A program made the translations under genes and the position numbers. DNA of 64,000 bases from an uncultured Eubacteriales bacterium (lineage in GTDB: Bacteria; Bacillota; Clostridia; Oscillospirales; Acutalibacteraceae). Positions within the stretch are counted from its first letter, which is position 1. Every line of letters starts with the position of its first letter. This document shows positions 30,601 to 40,094 of the stretch, one piece after another. The stretch spans positions 1,935-65,934 of the forward strand of contig CAZSIL010000007.1 in the NCBI GenBank assembly GCA_964607025.1, given 5' to 3'. The notes beneath the pieces are model-generated. The model saw only the letters and a program-made list of their open reading frames with translations, was not told the DNA's origin and made no database searches.

Positions 30601-31307
30601 TATTCGAGACCTCCTGCATTATCGGCAACAATTTTACCACCATCAAGCATAATTACGCGATGCTTAAAATCGCGCACGAGATTATGGTCATGAGTTACCA
30701 TAAGTATTGTTGTTCCCTGCTTATTAATTGCGCTGAGCAATGATACTATCTCATAAGACATATTAGGGTCAACGTTACCTGTCGGCTCGTCAGCAATAAT
30801 TAAATCGGGATTATTAACAAGTGCACGAGCAAGACCTACGCGCTGTTGTTCACCGCCGGACAACTGATTTGGCATAGAACGTGCCTTGTGTCCAAGACCT
30901 ACAAGCGATAAAACGCGAGCAACTTCTTTTCTGATTTTTTTCTTTGGTTCACCAACAACGTGCATTGCGAAAGCAACGTTATCAAACACGTTCATTGTAG
31001 GAATCAAGCGGAAATCCTGAAAAACGATGCCCATTGTTCTTCGGAGTTTCGGAACCTGTTTTCTGCGCATTTTTGTAAGATTAAAGCCGTTAACGTGAAC
31101 TGTACCCGTATTCGCCTTTTCTTCGCGCATAATAAGTTTCATAAATGTACTTTTACCCGCACCCGAAGAGCCAACAACAAACACAAATTCACCGCGCTCG
31201 ATTTTGATATTAACGTCGCTTAGCGCGTGAGTGCCATGTATATATGTCTTCGAAACACCGTTGAATTCAATTATCGTTTTATCTTGATTTTGCATTTCAA
31301 AATCCAT
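30600..31307 (-). CDS. ftsE: Cell-division ATP-binding protein FtsE
   Basis: GSSGAGKST, LSGGEQQR and IIADEPTGNVD motifs in a protein of about 230 aa. Confidence 0.9.
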   Translation of the reverse strand: MDFEMQNQDKTIIEFNGVSKTYIHGTHALSDVNIKIERGEFVFVVGSSGAGKSTFMKLIMREEKANTGTVHVNGFNLTKMRRKQVPKLRRTMGIVFQDFRLIPTMNVFDNVAFAMHVVGEPKKKIRKEVARVLSLVGLGHKARSMPNQLSGGEQQRVGLARALVNNPDLIIADEPTGNVDPNMSYEIVSLLSAINKQGTTILMVTHDHNLVRDFKHRVIMLDGGKIVADNAGGLE

Positions 31308-31331
31308 TGGTAGTTATCCTACTTTCAAAAA

Positions 31332-32417
31332 TTAATATTTAATTGGATTGGCTTTTAAATACTTGTTAACCATAAGCGCAATTTTAAAGATAATTGCATG
31401 ATCAAACTCACGAAGGTCAAGACCTGTGATTTTTTTGATTTTTTCCAAACGGTAAACCAAAGTATTCCTATGAACAAAAAGTTTTCTTGATGTTTCAGAA
31501 ACATTTAAGTTGTTCTCAAAGAATTTTTGAATAGTGAAAAGTGTTTCTCTATCAAGACTTTCTATGGAACCACGTTTAAATACTTCACGCAAATATGTTT
31601 CACAAAGTGTTGTAGGCAACTGATATATAAGTCGCGCAATACCCAAATTATCATGACTAATAATGGTTCTGTCATTATCAAAAACCTTACCCACTTCAAG
31701 CGCTGCCTGTGCTTCTTTAAAAGATTTTGCTAAATCACGTAAATTATCAACTGTTGAACCAATACCGATAACAACGTGACAATAAAATTCACCAGAAAGT
31801 GTATCTGCAATAGAAGAAGCAAGATTTTCAATATCTTTTGGCGAAATATTATTTTTTACTTCCTTAACCAAAGCAACATCGGTTTCATTTATACTGATAA
31901 CAAAATCCTTATTTTTATCAGGGAAAAGGTTTTGTATAACATCAAAAACTGACACTTCATTATTATCAAGCGAACGGATAAATATAACACTACGGAAAAC
32001 TTCGCTGTCGAAACAAAGTTCACGCGCTTTAAGATATATATCCCCCGGTAAAATATTATCAAGAATTATGTTTTTAATGAAATTACGTCTATCATATTTT
32101 TCATCATAGTAAAATTTAATATTTGTTAAAGAAATTGATAAAATAGAGCAATACTTATTAGCCATAGCATCGGTGCCGGAAACAAAAACATAATAGTCAC
32201 CTATCTCGTTTGAGCCAATGGCTTTAACTATGCAATCGTTAATAATAACTGCATCTCCCGCAATATTGTCTTTTAGCGAAGAATCTGCAAAAGTTTCCCC
32301 TATTTTTTCTAATTCGCTACATGCGATAATAGTAAAACTACCATCTAAAACACCAATTGTCTTATCAACAGCACCACGCATCTGATTAATAACACTTTGA
32401 AATAATCTGTTTGACAA
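31332..32417 (-). CDS. CdaR/PucR-family transcriptional regulator
   Basis: C-terminal PucR HTH (SETSRKLFVHRNTLVYRLEKIKKITGLD) with a CdaR-like N-terminal domain. Confidence 0.75.
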   Translation of the reverse strand: MSNRLFQSVINQMRGAVDKTIGVLDGSFTIIACSELEKIGETFADSSLKDNIAGDAVIINDCIVKAIGSNEIGDYYVFVSGTDAMANKYCSILSISLTNIKFYYDEKYDRRNFIKNIILDNILPGDIYLKARELCFDSEVFRSVIFIRSLDNNEVSVFDVIQNLFPDKNKDFVISINETDVALVKEVKNNISPKDIENLASSIADTLSGEFYCHVVIGIGSTVDNLRDLAKSFKEAQAALEVGKVFDNDRTIISHDNLGIARLIYQLPTTLCETYLREVFKRGSIESLDRETLFTIQKFFENNLNVSETSRKLFVHRNTLVYRLEKIKKITGLDLREFDHAIIFKIALMVNKYLKANPIKY

Positions 32418-32533
32418 AATTAATTCCTCCTTGCTCTAAGAACAATATAACCCAAAATATATTTATGTGTATATTGTACACTTTTTTTAGACATTTTTCA
32501 AGGGTTATTAATAAAAAAGTTACAAATATATTA

Positions 32534-32563
32534 CAAAAAAACCACCCGTTTTCACGGGTGGTT
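32534..32563 (-). terminator. Terminator after the MsmK-like ATPase gene
   Basis: ACCACCCG-ttttca-CGGGTGGT is followed on the minus strand by a T run. Confidence 0.8.
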
Positions 32564-32576
32564 AAAAATTTTGGAA

Positions 32577-33719
32577 TTAGTTGGTAATTGTAAGCTCAGT
32601 ATCTTTGTCGAAAATATGAATATTCTCAGCTTCAATAGCAATCTTAATTCTGTCGCCAGGTTTTGCTGTGTTAGACGGAGCAACTCGAGCATTGATATCC
32701 TGACCTTCAGAATTCATATAAAGATAAGTTTCAGCACCCATAAGCTCGGTTACTTCAACATTTGCTTCTACGATACTGTCGGGATTGGCTTCAAGAATTT
32801 CGGGCTCATTATGAACGTGCTCAGGACGGATACCCATAATAACCTCTTTGCCAACATACTCTTTTAAGCAATCATTAGCGTTTTTGGATGCGGGTAATTT
32901 GATCTTAAACTTAACGCCTGCGCGTGTTTTTGTATCTTCAGAACCATATTCAAGGAAGAACTCATCGCCTTCATTAAGAAGCTTACACTCAATAAAGTTC
33001 ATCTGCGGAGAGCCGATAAATCCGGCAACGAAAAGATTGCAGGGTTTAAGGTAAAGTTGCTGAGGCGTATCAACCTGCTGGATAAAACCGTTCTTCATAA
33101 CAACGATACGGGTACCCATTGTCATAGCTTCGGTCTGGTCATGAGTAACGTAAATAAAGGTTGTACCAAGACGTTGATGGAGTTTAGAAATCTCGGTACG
33201 CATTTGTGCACGAAGCTTAGCATCCAAGTTGGAAAGCGGTTCATCAAGTAAGAACACTTTAGGTTCGCGAACGATAGCACGACCGAGAGCCACACGCTGA
33301 CGCTGACCACCGGACAACGCCTTCGGTTTACGCTCTAAAAGATGCTCGATATCAAGAATGCGAGCAGCTTCTTCAACACGACGCTTAATTTCGTCCTTCG
33401 AAACCTTACGTAATTTGAGACCAAATGCCATATTATCAAAAACGGTCATATGAGGATAAAGAGCATAGTTCTGGAAAACCATTGCTATATCTCTATCTTT
33501 AGGTGCCACATCGTTTACAAGACGGTCACCAATATAAACTTCACCTTCAGAAATTTCTTCAAGACCGGCAACCATACGCAGAGTTGTTGATTTACCGCAA
33601 CCTGAAGGACCTACAAGAATAATAAATTCCTTATCCTTGATTTCAAGATTAAAATCGGATACAGCAACAACGCCACCAGGATATTTTTTATAGACGTTGC
33701 GAAGAGATAAACTTGCCAT
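32577..33719 (-). CDS. Sugar ABC transporter ATP-binding protein (MsmK/MalK/UgpC type), stand-alone
   Basis: [17 protein letters not shown] and [10 protein letters not shown] motifs plus the MalK-like C-terminal regulatory domain. Confidence 0.9.
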   Translation of the reverse strand: MASLSLRNVYKKYPGGVVAVSDFNLEIKDKEFIILVGPSGCGKSTTLRMVAGLEEISEGEVYIGDRLVNDVAPKDRDIAMVFQNYALYPHMTVFDNMAFGLKLRKVSKDEIKRRVEEAARILDIEHLLERKPKALSGGQRQRVALGRAIVREPKVFLLDEPLSNLDAKLRAQMRTEISKLHQRLGTTFIYVTHDQTEAMTMGTRIVVMKNGFIQQVDTPQQLYLKPCNLFVAGFIGSPQMNFIECKLLNEGDEFFLEYGSEDTKTRAGVKFKIKLPASKNANDCLKEYVGKEVIMGIRPEHVHNEPEILEANPDSIVEANVEVTELMGAETYLYMNSEGQDINARVAPSNTAKPGDRIKIAIEAENIHIFDKDTELTITN

Positions 33720-33843
33720 TAAAAGAACCTCCTAATAATTTTTCATTTTTAAGCATGATTATTATACCAACTATTTTTTAAAAAAACAATAATTAAATTA
33801 CCCAACGTTCGAAAAAATATTTGTCTAATATAAACAAAATCTT

Positions 33844-34566
33844 TTATTTTCGGGCTATTTGCGGAAAAAGTTCAGGTAAAATGTTAACATTTAATTCATA
33901 AACTTCTCCATAATCAAGTTCTTTAGGTAACGTTAAATTTCCTATACGTTCACGATGCAAACTATTAACACCAAGTCCCAACGTTCCAAGCATACGTTTA
34001 ATTTGATGGTATTTACCTTCGGTTAAAACAATGCGAACTTGTGTTTCATTAAGTATTTCCGCCCTTGACGGCTTGCATACCGTACCATCTGCCAAAATAA
34101 TGCCTTCGGAAAACTTTTGAGACAGGTCTTTTTGAGGCACAGCATCAACAGTTGCAATGTAGGACTTCTCAATATTTGACTTAGGTGAGATTATCTGATG
34201 GGCAAATTCTCCGTCATTAGTAAGCAATAATATACCTGTTGTATCCTTGTCCAGTCGTCCAACGGGAAAAAGCGAAAGATGGTCATATTTTTCCCCAACC
34301 AAATCAACAACAGTTTTGCGGCTTTTATCGTTTGAAGCCGATAAAATACCCATTGGTTTATTCATAACAAGATATACAAATTTCTTATATTCAATTATTT
34401 CGGAATTTACGGTAATTTTGGAATTTTCGGCTGCAATATGTAAATCATATTGCCTTACAACCGCGCCATCAACCGATACTTTGCCTTGCTTTACAAGTTT
34501 TTTAATTTCACTTCGGCTGTATTTTGAATTGTCCGATAAAAATTTATCGAGCCGTACAGTTTTCAT
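33844..34566 (-). CDS. rsuA: rRNA pseudouridine synthase, RsuA/RluB family
   Basis: S4 domain N-terminus (VRLDKFLS) and catalytic GRLDKDTTGLL-like motif (VGRLDKDTTGILLL). Confidence 0.85.
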   Translation of the reverse strand: MKTVRLDKFLSDNSKYSRSEIKKLVKQGKVSVDGAVVRQYDLHIAAENSKITVNSEIIEYKKFVYLVMNKPMGILSASNDKSRKTVVDLVGEKYDHLSLFPVGRLDKDTTGILLLTNDGEFAHQIISPKSNIEKSYIATVDAVPQKDLSQKFSEGIILADGTVCKPSRAEILNETQVRIVLTEGKYHQIKRMLGTLGLGVNSLHRERIGNLTLPKELDYGEVYELNVNILPELFPQIARK

Positions 34567-34587
34567 TTTAACCTCCGTTATTTTGCG

Positions 34588-35028
34588 CTACCTCAAAGGT
34601 AACATTTCACCACCAAGAAGTGCCGAGGATACGTCTCCGCCTATAAGTACCCCGTCATATAAAATTATGTTTACGAATTTTTCCTCATTTGTACTGAAAA
34701 TTTTATATTTGTATATATCAACCACATATCCGGAATAATCTTTAAGATTGAAACCAGCTGATTTTTGCAGTTCGTTGTATTCGTTATACACGTCACTAAA
34801 CATTTCGGGAATTTTGAATTTTTTTGTTTCTACTGCTTCGGGCTCAACATCAAACCCTAGTGAATTAATCAACCTAACCCTATCTTCGTTAGTAATTATT
34901 TTATCACCGATTTTCGAATTTATATTAACAAAATCCAAAGCCACAAAAAATATTATAACTAAAAACAAAAGCAACGCAAACGTCGATTTACTTTTAACAC
35001 TTATGCAAACAAACTTCAAATAAATCAC
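34588..35028 (-). CDS. Membrane-anchored DUF4830-like protein
   Basis: N-terminal TM helix. The C-terminal domain pattern (LGFDVEPE...IPEMFSDVYNEYNELQK..GFNL) resembles DUF4830 as I recall it. Confidence 0.5.
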   Translation of the reverse strand: MIYLKFVCISVKSKSTFALLLFLVIIFFVALDFVNINSKIGDKIITNEDRVRLINSLGFDVEPEAVETKKFKIPEMFSDVYNEYNELQKSAGFNLKDYSGYVVDIYKYKIFSTNEEKFVNIILYDGVLIGGDVSSALLGGEMLPLR

Positions 35029-35066
35029 TCCACACTAATTTATATGAGTGGAGTGAAACAAAAATA

Positions 35067-35534
35067 CTATTCAATAAGACAAACTGCCGAAGCAGAAATT
35101 CCTTTTCCTTCGCCCGTAAATCCAAGTCCTTCTTCGGTTGTCGCCTTAACGCTGACACAGTTTATGTTGATACCACAGTCATCGGCTATATTCTCGCGCA
35201 TTTCATCTATATAAGGTGCCATTTTGGGACGCTGAGCTATGACAGTTGCATCAATATTGCTGATTTTATAACCATTTTTACTCAATAACTCCACCACGCG
35301 TCTTAACAAAACACGGCTGTCAATACCCTTAAATTTATCATCATTATCAGGAAAAAGTTTGCCAATATCTCCGAGTGCCGCAGCGCCAAGAAGTGCATCG
35401 GATATAGCATGTAACAACACGTCGGCATCAGAGTGACCGAGCAAACCATATTCGTACGGAATTTCCACTCCGCCAATAATTAATTTTCTATCCTTAACCA
35501 GTTTATGAACGTCATATCCGTTACCGATTCGCAT
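35067..35534 (-). CDS. ispF: 2-C-methyl-D-erythritol 2,4-cyclodiphosphate synthase
   Basis: [12 protein letters not shown]...[11 protein letters not shown] motifs. An alternative ATG lies at 35540. Confidence 0.95.
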   Translation of the reverse strand: MRIGNGYDVHKLVKDRKLIIGGVEIPYEYGLLGHSDADVLLHAISDALLGAAALGDIGKLFPDNDDKFKGIDSRVLLRRVVELLSKNGYKISNIDATVIAQRPKMAPYIDEMRENIADDCGININCVSVKATTEEGLGFTGEGKGISASAVCLIE

Positions 35535-36267
35535 TATCATTTTCTCCTTTTTCAAGATAAAATTCGGCGACACCTATATCATCGGGCGTAGTGATTTTAA
35601 TGTTTTTATAATCTCCTTCAACGATTTTTACTGACATACCTGCTGATTCCAATATTGATGCATCATCGGTAAATGCCGAGATATCAGCGCTGTTTATTGC
35701 TTCACGGTACTTTTTAACGTTTACTCCTTGGGGTGTTTGAACACTGTAAAGTAAATCCCTCGGTACAGTTTTAATAACCATCCCTTTTTCATCCACACTT
35801 TTAATGGTATCCTTTACCTTAACGGTAGGGATAACGCCGTCAGCTGAAGGTAAAGCATCACACACTCTTGAAATAACAGCAGAACTTATAAGTGGTCTTG
35901 CACCGTCGTGGATAAGTACGTATTCTTCCTCACCCAACCTATTTAAACCGCAAATTACCGATTCCTGACGGGTGTTGCCGCCCGACACAATGTCGGTTAA
36001 CTTGTGTATCATAAACTTATCTGCCAAAATCTGAATTTCATTAATAAATTCCTCCTTGGTGACAAGTATGATTCTTGATATTTGTGGTGAGTTTTCAAAA
36101 GCGGACAAGGTGTGCACAATAGCCGGGACACCGCAAAGAGAAACAAACTGTTTTGAAATGCCTTGCATACGAATGGAAGAACCCGCTGCAACAATTATAA
36201 CAGGAATATTTCCGCTAATATTGTCCGTATCGAGTGCAAAATCAAGTTTATATTCCAGATTCGGCAA
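35521..36267 (-). CDS. ispD: 2-C-methyl-D-erythritol 4-phosphate cytidylyltransferase
   Basis: [15 protein letters not shown]-loop-like motif. The start is probably the TTG at 36267, 5 nt after the RBS-like GGGGTGG; the track ATG at 36330 adds an implausible extension. Confidence 0.9.
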   Translation of the reverse strand: MPNLEYKLDFALDTDNISGNIPVIIVAAGSSIRMQGISKQFVSLCGVPAIVHTLSAFENSPQISRIILVTKEEFINEIQILADKFMIHKLTDIVSGGNTRQESVICGLNRLGEEEYVLIHDGARPLISSAVISRVCDALPSADGVIPTVKVKDTIKSVDEKGMVIKTVPRDLLYSVQTPQGVNVKKYREAINSADISAFTDDASILESAGMSVKIVEGDYKNIKITTPDDIGVAEFYLEKGENDNANR

Positions 36268-36332
36268 AATATCCACCCCTTTAAAAATTAAGCCACACCC
36301 TACAAAAAGTAAAGTGTGGCAATGATACAAAA

Positions 36333-36770
36333 CTAATCCTCAACAACGCAGTCATCGCAATCGCAATCATCACAATCGCAATCACAGTCGAATTCAAACT
36401 CAAGGTCGGTACCACAGTTGGGACAATCAATGCGGCCGTCCATAAGCATATCTTCATCAAGATAAATTTTGTCACCACAACTGGGACAAACTACTTCGAA
36501 AACCTCATCGTCGTCATCATCAAATTCCTCATCATCATCGTACTCATCTTCTTCATAAATGAGTTCTTCAACGTCGGATAAATCTTCATCAACCGCATCA
36601 AGCTGCTCTGCTAATTCGATCTGAGCATCGTCAAGAGCATCAATTTCATCGCAAATATCACCTAAAAGGTCAATGATTGCTGAAAGAATTTTTCCTTCCT
36701 TAGAATCGGTATCTAATTCCATACCTTCAGCAAGACCTTTAATATACGCTACTTTTTCAGAAATAGTCAT
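36333..36770 (-). CDS. Highly acidic zinc-ribbon protein with a C-terminal (Asp-Cys)n tail
   Basis: 145 aa, of which 57 are Asp/Glu by my count. It has CPSCG-N17-CPNCG and the tail FDCDCDCDDCDCDDCVVED. It may belong to a clostridial family of acidic Zn-ribbon proteins found near efp; this is unverified. Confidence 0.7.
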   Translation of the reverse strand: MTISEKVAYIKGLAEGMELDTDSKEGKILSAIIDLLGDICDEIDALDDAQIELAEQLDAVDEDLSDVEELIYEEDEYDDDEEFDDDDDEVFEVVCPSCGDKIYLDEDMLMDGRIDCPNCGTDLEFEFDCDCDCDDCDCDDCVVED

Positions 36771-36790
36771 AACAATAACTCCTTAAAATA

Positions 36791-37348
36791 TTATGCACGT
36801 TCCATATATTCACCTGTACGGGTGTCAATACGAATCATATCGCCTTCATTGATAAACAAAGGAACACGGATTTCAGCACCTGTTTCAAGTGTTGCGGGTT
36901 TCATAGCATTGGTAGCTGTATCTCCCTTAAATCCGGGGTCGGTCTGGGTAACTTCAAGTTCAACAAATGTGGGCGGCTCAACACCGAATATTTTGCCCTT
37001 ATAAGACAAAATCTTGCATACCATATTTTCCTTAACAAACTTAAAGTTGTCGCCGAGCTCACTTGCGTTAACGGGAACTAATTCATAAGACTCAGGGTCC
37101 ATAAAGTAGTAAAGTCCGTCATCACTGTAAGAATATTCCATGTCCTTTCTCTCAACGAAAGCCGTCGGGAATTTATCGTTGGGGTTAAAAGTTTTTTCAA
37201 CAACAGAGCCCACTATTACGTTTCTGATTTTAGTACGAACGAAAGCGGCACCTTTACCGGGTTTAACGTGCTGGAATTCAATAATCTGATACACGTTGCC
37301 TTCCATCTCAAAGGTAACACCATTTCTAAAATCTCCTGCGCTAATCAT
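36791..37348 (-). CDS. efp: Elongation factor P
   Basis: [10 protein letters not shown]...[15 protein letters not shown] is the conserved EF-P N-terminus, in a 185-aa protein. Confidence 0.95.
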   Translation of the reverse strand: MISAGDFRNGVTFEMEGNVYQIIEFQHVKPGKGAAFVRTKIRNVIVGSVVEKTFNPNDKFPTAFVERKDMEYSYSDDGLYYFMDPESYELVPVNASELGDNFKFVKENMVCKILSYKGKIFGVEPPTFVELEVTQTDPGFKGDTATNAMKPATLETGAEIRVPLFINEGDMIRIDTRTGEYMERA

Positions 37349-37422
37349 ATTTATTCCTCCATGATAAAAATCTACATATAGTAGTATAAAGCCAAATTAA
37401 ACTATTGTCAAGGTAAATGTTG

Positions 37423-37860
37423 TCAAATAAGGTCACGCATTGCATTTACCGCTAAAAGATAACTGTTCACCCCAAAGCCCGAAATACTGCCAACACATAC
37501 AGGACCAATTACAGATACCTTACGAAAATCTTCGCGCGCATCAACATTTGATAAATGCACCTCAATAAACGGCTTGTCTACAGCGGCTATTGCATCGCGC
37601 ACAGCATAACTGTAATGAGTTAAAGCACCTGCATTTATAATACAACCGTCATATTCTTTATAAACGCTATGAATTTTATCAATTAACTCTCCTTCACAGT
37701 TTGTTTGGAAAAAATCACAATTCATTTTCATACCTGCAGCATAACTGTAAATCGTACTATTTATGCTTTCTAAATTCTTATTTCCGTATACGGCAGGTTC
37801 GCGAATACCAACCATATTAAGATTAGGTCCATTGAGAACTAAAATCTTACCTGTTTTCAT
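37423..37860 (-). CDS. aroQ: Type II 3-dehydroquinate dehydratase
   Basis: ILVLNGPNLNMVGIREPAVYG...HLSN motifs in a 145-aa protein. Confidence 0.9.
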   Translation of the reverse strand: MKTGKILVLNGPNLNMVGIREPAVYGNKNLESINSTIYSYAAGMKMNCDFFQTNCEGELIDKIHSVYKEYDGCIINAGALTHYSYAVRDAIAAVDKPFIEVHLSNVDAREDFRKVSVIGPVCVGSISGFGVNSYLLAVNAMRDLI

Positions 37861-38713
37861 TATTTATCAACTCCGTATAATAGTTTTTCATAATTGCGGC
37901 ATCTTCCGCCTGAGTGCCATCAGATTCACAAATAAAGGTAGGGTGGCAATTCTTTTTGACGGTAATTTCCAGTACCGGTTCGAAATTTGGACCGAATACT
38001 GCATCATCAAACGTTAAATGTTTTTTCTCGCCGCCCGCTGTATACTCGATTTTTGAAAAATGCGAGTGAAATTCTTTAAGGCGGGATAAACCTAAACGAT
38101 TTTCAATTTGGTCAAATATATTTTCAAAATCATTGTAGGTTTTAAGTGAACCAATTGTTCTGGCATTAAGATGTCCAAAATCAATACACGGCAATAAACG
38201 TTCATCCAACTCACACAGAGTTAAAACCTCGTTTAAATCGCCAAGTTGATTAATTTTACCCATCGTTTCGGGGCAAATGCGGATATTTGAAAGCCCTTCG
38301 CTATCTAGCGCCCTAATTGCAAGGCGCATTGTATCAACAGCTAATTCCAAGGCGTATTCACGCGAAATTTTACCGCATGAGCCGGTATGCACAACAATAC
38401 GGTTACCACCCATAGCGTTAACCGCTCTTGCTGAACTTAAAATATAATTTATTGAATTAAGACGCTTTTCTTCATCAACCGAAGACATTGATATATAATA
38501 CGGTGCATGAAGTGACACCGCGATATCTGCATTTTTCATAGCTGCGCCAAACTGCGCGGCCTTATCAAGCCCTATATTTACACCCCTGCCACACTGGTAT
38601 TCAAAAGCAGTGAGCCCAAATTTCGAAAGATATTGGGGCACTTGTAAACTGTGCTTATATCCCATTTCGGTGAAACTTGCCGAGTTTCCCGCAGGTCCGA
38701 ACAATGCTGACAT
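37847..38713 (-). CDS. TIM-barrel protein, endonuclease IV/xylose-isomerase-like fold
   Basis: Metal-ligand-like pattern HAPYY...VVHTG...CPETMG...DFGH...HSHFS, as in the AP-endonuclease-2 family. The function is not assigned. Confidence 0.6.
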   Translation of the reverse strand: MSALFGPAGNSASFTEMGYKHSLQVPQYLSKFGLTAFEYQCGRGVNIGLDKAAQFGAAMKNADIAVSLHAPYYISMSSVDEEKRLNSINYILSSARAVNAMGGNRIVVHTGSCGKISREYALELAVDTMRLAIRALDSEGLSNIRICPETMGKINQLGDLNEVLTLCELDERLLPCIDFGHLNARTIGSLKTYNDFENIFDQIENRLGLSRLKEFHSHFSKIEYTAGGEKKHLTFDDAVFGPNFEPVLEITVKKNCHPTFICESDGTQAEDAAIMKNYYTELINNENR

Positions 38714-38716
38714 AAA

Positions 38717-39208
38717 TTACACCTCAAATTTATAATGCGAATATAATTTTTTCTCGAAATGTCGGCGTATCCTGAAGCTCCACATTTCTTCGGGTTTTAT
38801 TGGATTTAGGATTATTGTTTTAACCCCCGCTAAATGTCCACCCAATGAGTCGGTAAAAAGTTGGTCGCCGACTATCGCCGTATTCTTAAGTTTGATACCC
38901 ATTTTACGAGCCGATTTCCAGTAGCCAAACGGCAAGGGTTTTAGTGCTAAAGAAAAATAATCGAGATTCAGTTTATTAGCAAAGGGTGCTACCCTTTTTT
39001 CCTTCGAATTTGATAAAATCATTAGACTTATGCCGTTATTTTGCATATTATCAATCCACTCGCGAAGTCCCTCAACCAACACTTCGCCGTGGTGCGTTGA
39101 TAACGTGTTGTCGACGTCAAGTATCAAACCCTTTATTTTATTTGCTTTTAAAACCTGCAAATTTATATCGGTAATTCGGTTTAATTTTATATGCGGTTTT
39201 AATAACAT
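38717..39208 (-). CDS. yqeG: YqeG-family HAD-IIIA phosphatase
   Basis: LILDVDNTL...LSNS...VGDQLFTD motifs. ATG at 39208 with a GGAGAG RBS. Confidence 0.8.
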   Translation of the reverse strand: MLLKPHIKLNRITDINLQVLKANKIKGLILDVDNTLSTHHGEVLVEGLREWIDNMQNNGISLMILSNSKEKRVAPFANKLNLDYFSLALKPLPFGYWKSARKMGIKLKNTAIVGDQLFTDSLGGHLAGVKTIILNPIKPEEMWSFRIRRHFEKKLYSHYKFEV

Positions 39209-39220
39209 AGTATCTCTCCA

Positions 39221-39254
39221 AAAAGAAAAGCGGTTGATAAACAACCGCTTTTTT
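39221..39254 (-). terminator. Terminator after rpsU, abutting the yqeG RBS
   Basis: AAAAGCGGTTG-ataaa-CAACCGCTTTT is followed on the minus strand by TTTTCTTTTT. Confidence 0.7.
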
Positions 39255-39268
39255 GCTGAAATTTTAGC

Positions 39269-39445
39269 TTAGCGGAACTTGCGCTTACGTGCTGCTTCCG
39301 ACTTCTTTTTACGTTTTACAGAGGGCTTTTCGTAATGTTCTCTTTTACGAACTTCCTGTATAACTCCATCTTTTGCTGTTTGTCTTTTAAAACGTCTAAG
39401 AGCATTATCCAGCGATTCGTTTTCCTTAATACGAACCTGACTCAT
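39269..39445 (-). CDS. rpsU: 30S ribosomal protein S21
   Basis: My own translation is [58 protein letters not shown] (58 aa). The RBS is AAGGGAGGGA. The gene falls below the ORF-track length cutoff. Confidence 0.9.
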   Translation of the reverse strand: MSQVRIKENESLDNALRRFKRQTAKDGVIQEVRKREHYEKPSVKRKKKSEAARKRKFR

Positions 39446-39493
39446 ATATTTCCCTCCCTTAGCAACTTCATAATATAAACACTAAGTAAAGGT

Positions 39494-39523
39494 ATTATAC
39501 ATTATTAACACAATGCTTGTCAA
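39494..39523 (-). promoter_or_regulatory. Candidate sigma-A promoter for rpsU
   Basis: Minus strand reads TTGACA (39523-39518), 18 bp, TATAAT (39499-39494). Confidence 0.45.
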
Positions 39524-39604
39524 GTATTATTTAAAAATTGGAGATTTAACAATTAATTTCACTTATCATATAATAAGTGTTCTCATGCGTTCGCTCTTTT
39601 GTTT

Positions 39605-39638
39605 TAAAAAATAAGCCGATATGCAAAAGCATATCGGC
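39605..39638 (-). terminator. Terminator after ptsH
   Basis: GCCGATATGC-aaaa-GCATATCGGC is followed on the minus strand by a T run. Confidence 0.8.
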
Positions 39639-39649
39639 AAAACATTTAA

Positions 39650-39913
39650 TTAATCTACAAAGCCCGATTCAACAAGTTTGATAAGTGCATCGAGTGCTTC
39701 AGCTTCGTCAACACCATCAACGATAATTTTAATTTCGGTATCGCCTACAATACCGAGTGATAAAACACCAAGAAGACTTTTAGCGTTTACGCGGCGCTCA
39801 TCTTTTTCTACCCAAATGGATGACTTAAACTCATTTGCTTTTTGAATAAAGAAAGTAGCAGGACGGGCGTGTAAGCCGATTTGATTTTGAACAACAACTT
39901 CTTTAACAACCAT
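39650..39913 (-). CDS. ptsH: Phosphocarrier protein HPr
   Basis: The GLHARPA motif carries His15 and AKSLLGVLSLG carries Ser46. 87 aa. Confidence 0.9.
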   Translation of the reverse strand: MVVKEVVVQNQIGLHARPATFFIQKANEFKSSIWVEKDERRVNAKSLLGVLSLGIVGDTEIKIIVDGVDEAEALDALIKLVESGFVD

Positions 39914-39963
39914 ATTTACAGTCTCCTTAAAAAGTGTGAATTTATACTTTGTGTATATTACAA

Positions 39964-39991
39964 ATTATACTTTTTTTGCTTTTTGTGTCAA
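39964..39991 (-). promoter_or_regulatory. Candidate sigma-A promoter for ptsH
   Basis: Minus strand reads TTGACA (39991-39986), 16 bp, TATAAT (39969-39964). Confidence 0.45.
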
Positions 39992-40094
39992 TATTTTCAA
40001 TATAAGTTCTATGTTTTACACCAAATCGGCATAAAATCTAACGGCGATATTTGTTTAAAATGACTATAATTTGATAACAATTCTTACTAAAACA

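Noticed and set aside
33790-33830. cre-like or LexA-like site (TTCGAACGTTGG) upstream of rsuA and downstream of the MsmK-like gene promoter region
   Set aside because: It contains only the 6-bp AACGTT palindrome. It fits neither TGWAANCGNTNWCA nor CGAAC-N4-GTTCG spacing.
36281-36478. 65-aa ORF overlapping the 3' end of the acidic zinc-ribbon gene and the ispD upstream region
   Set aside because: It is an alternative frame of the GAT-TGC repeat tract, with a hydrophobic low-complexity translation and no RBS.
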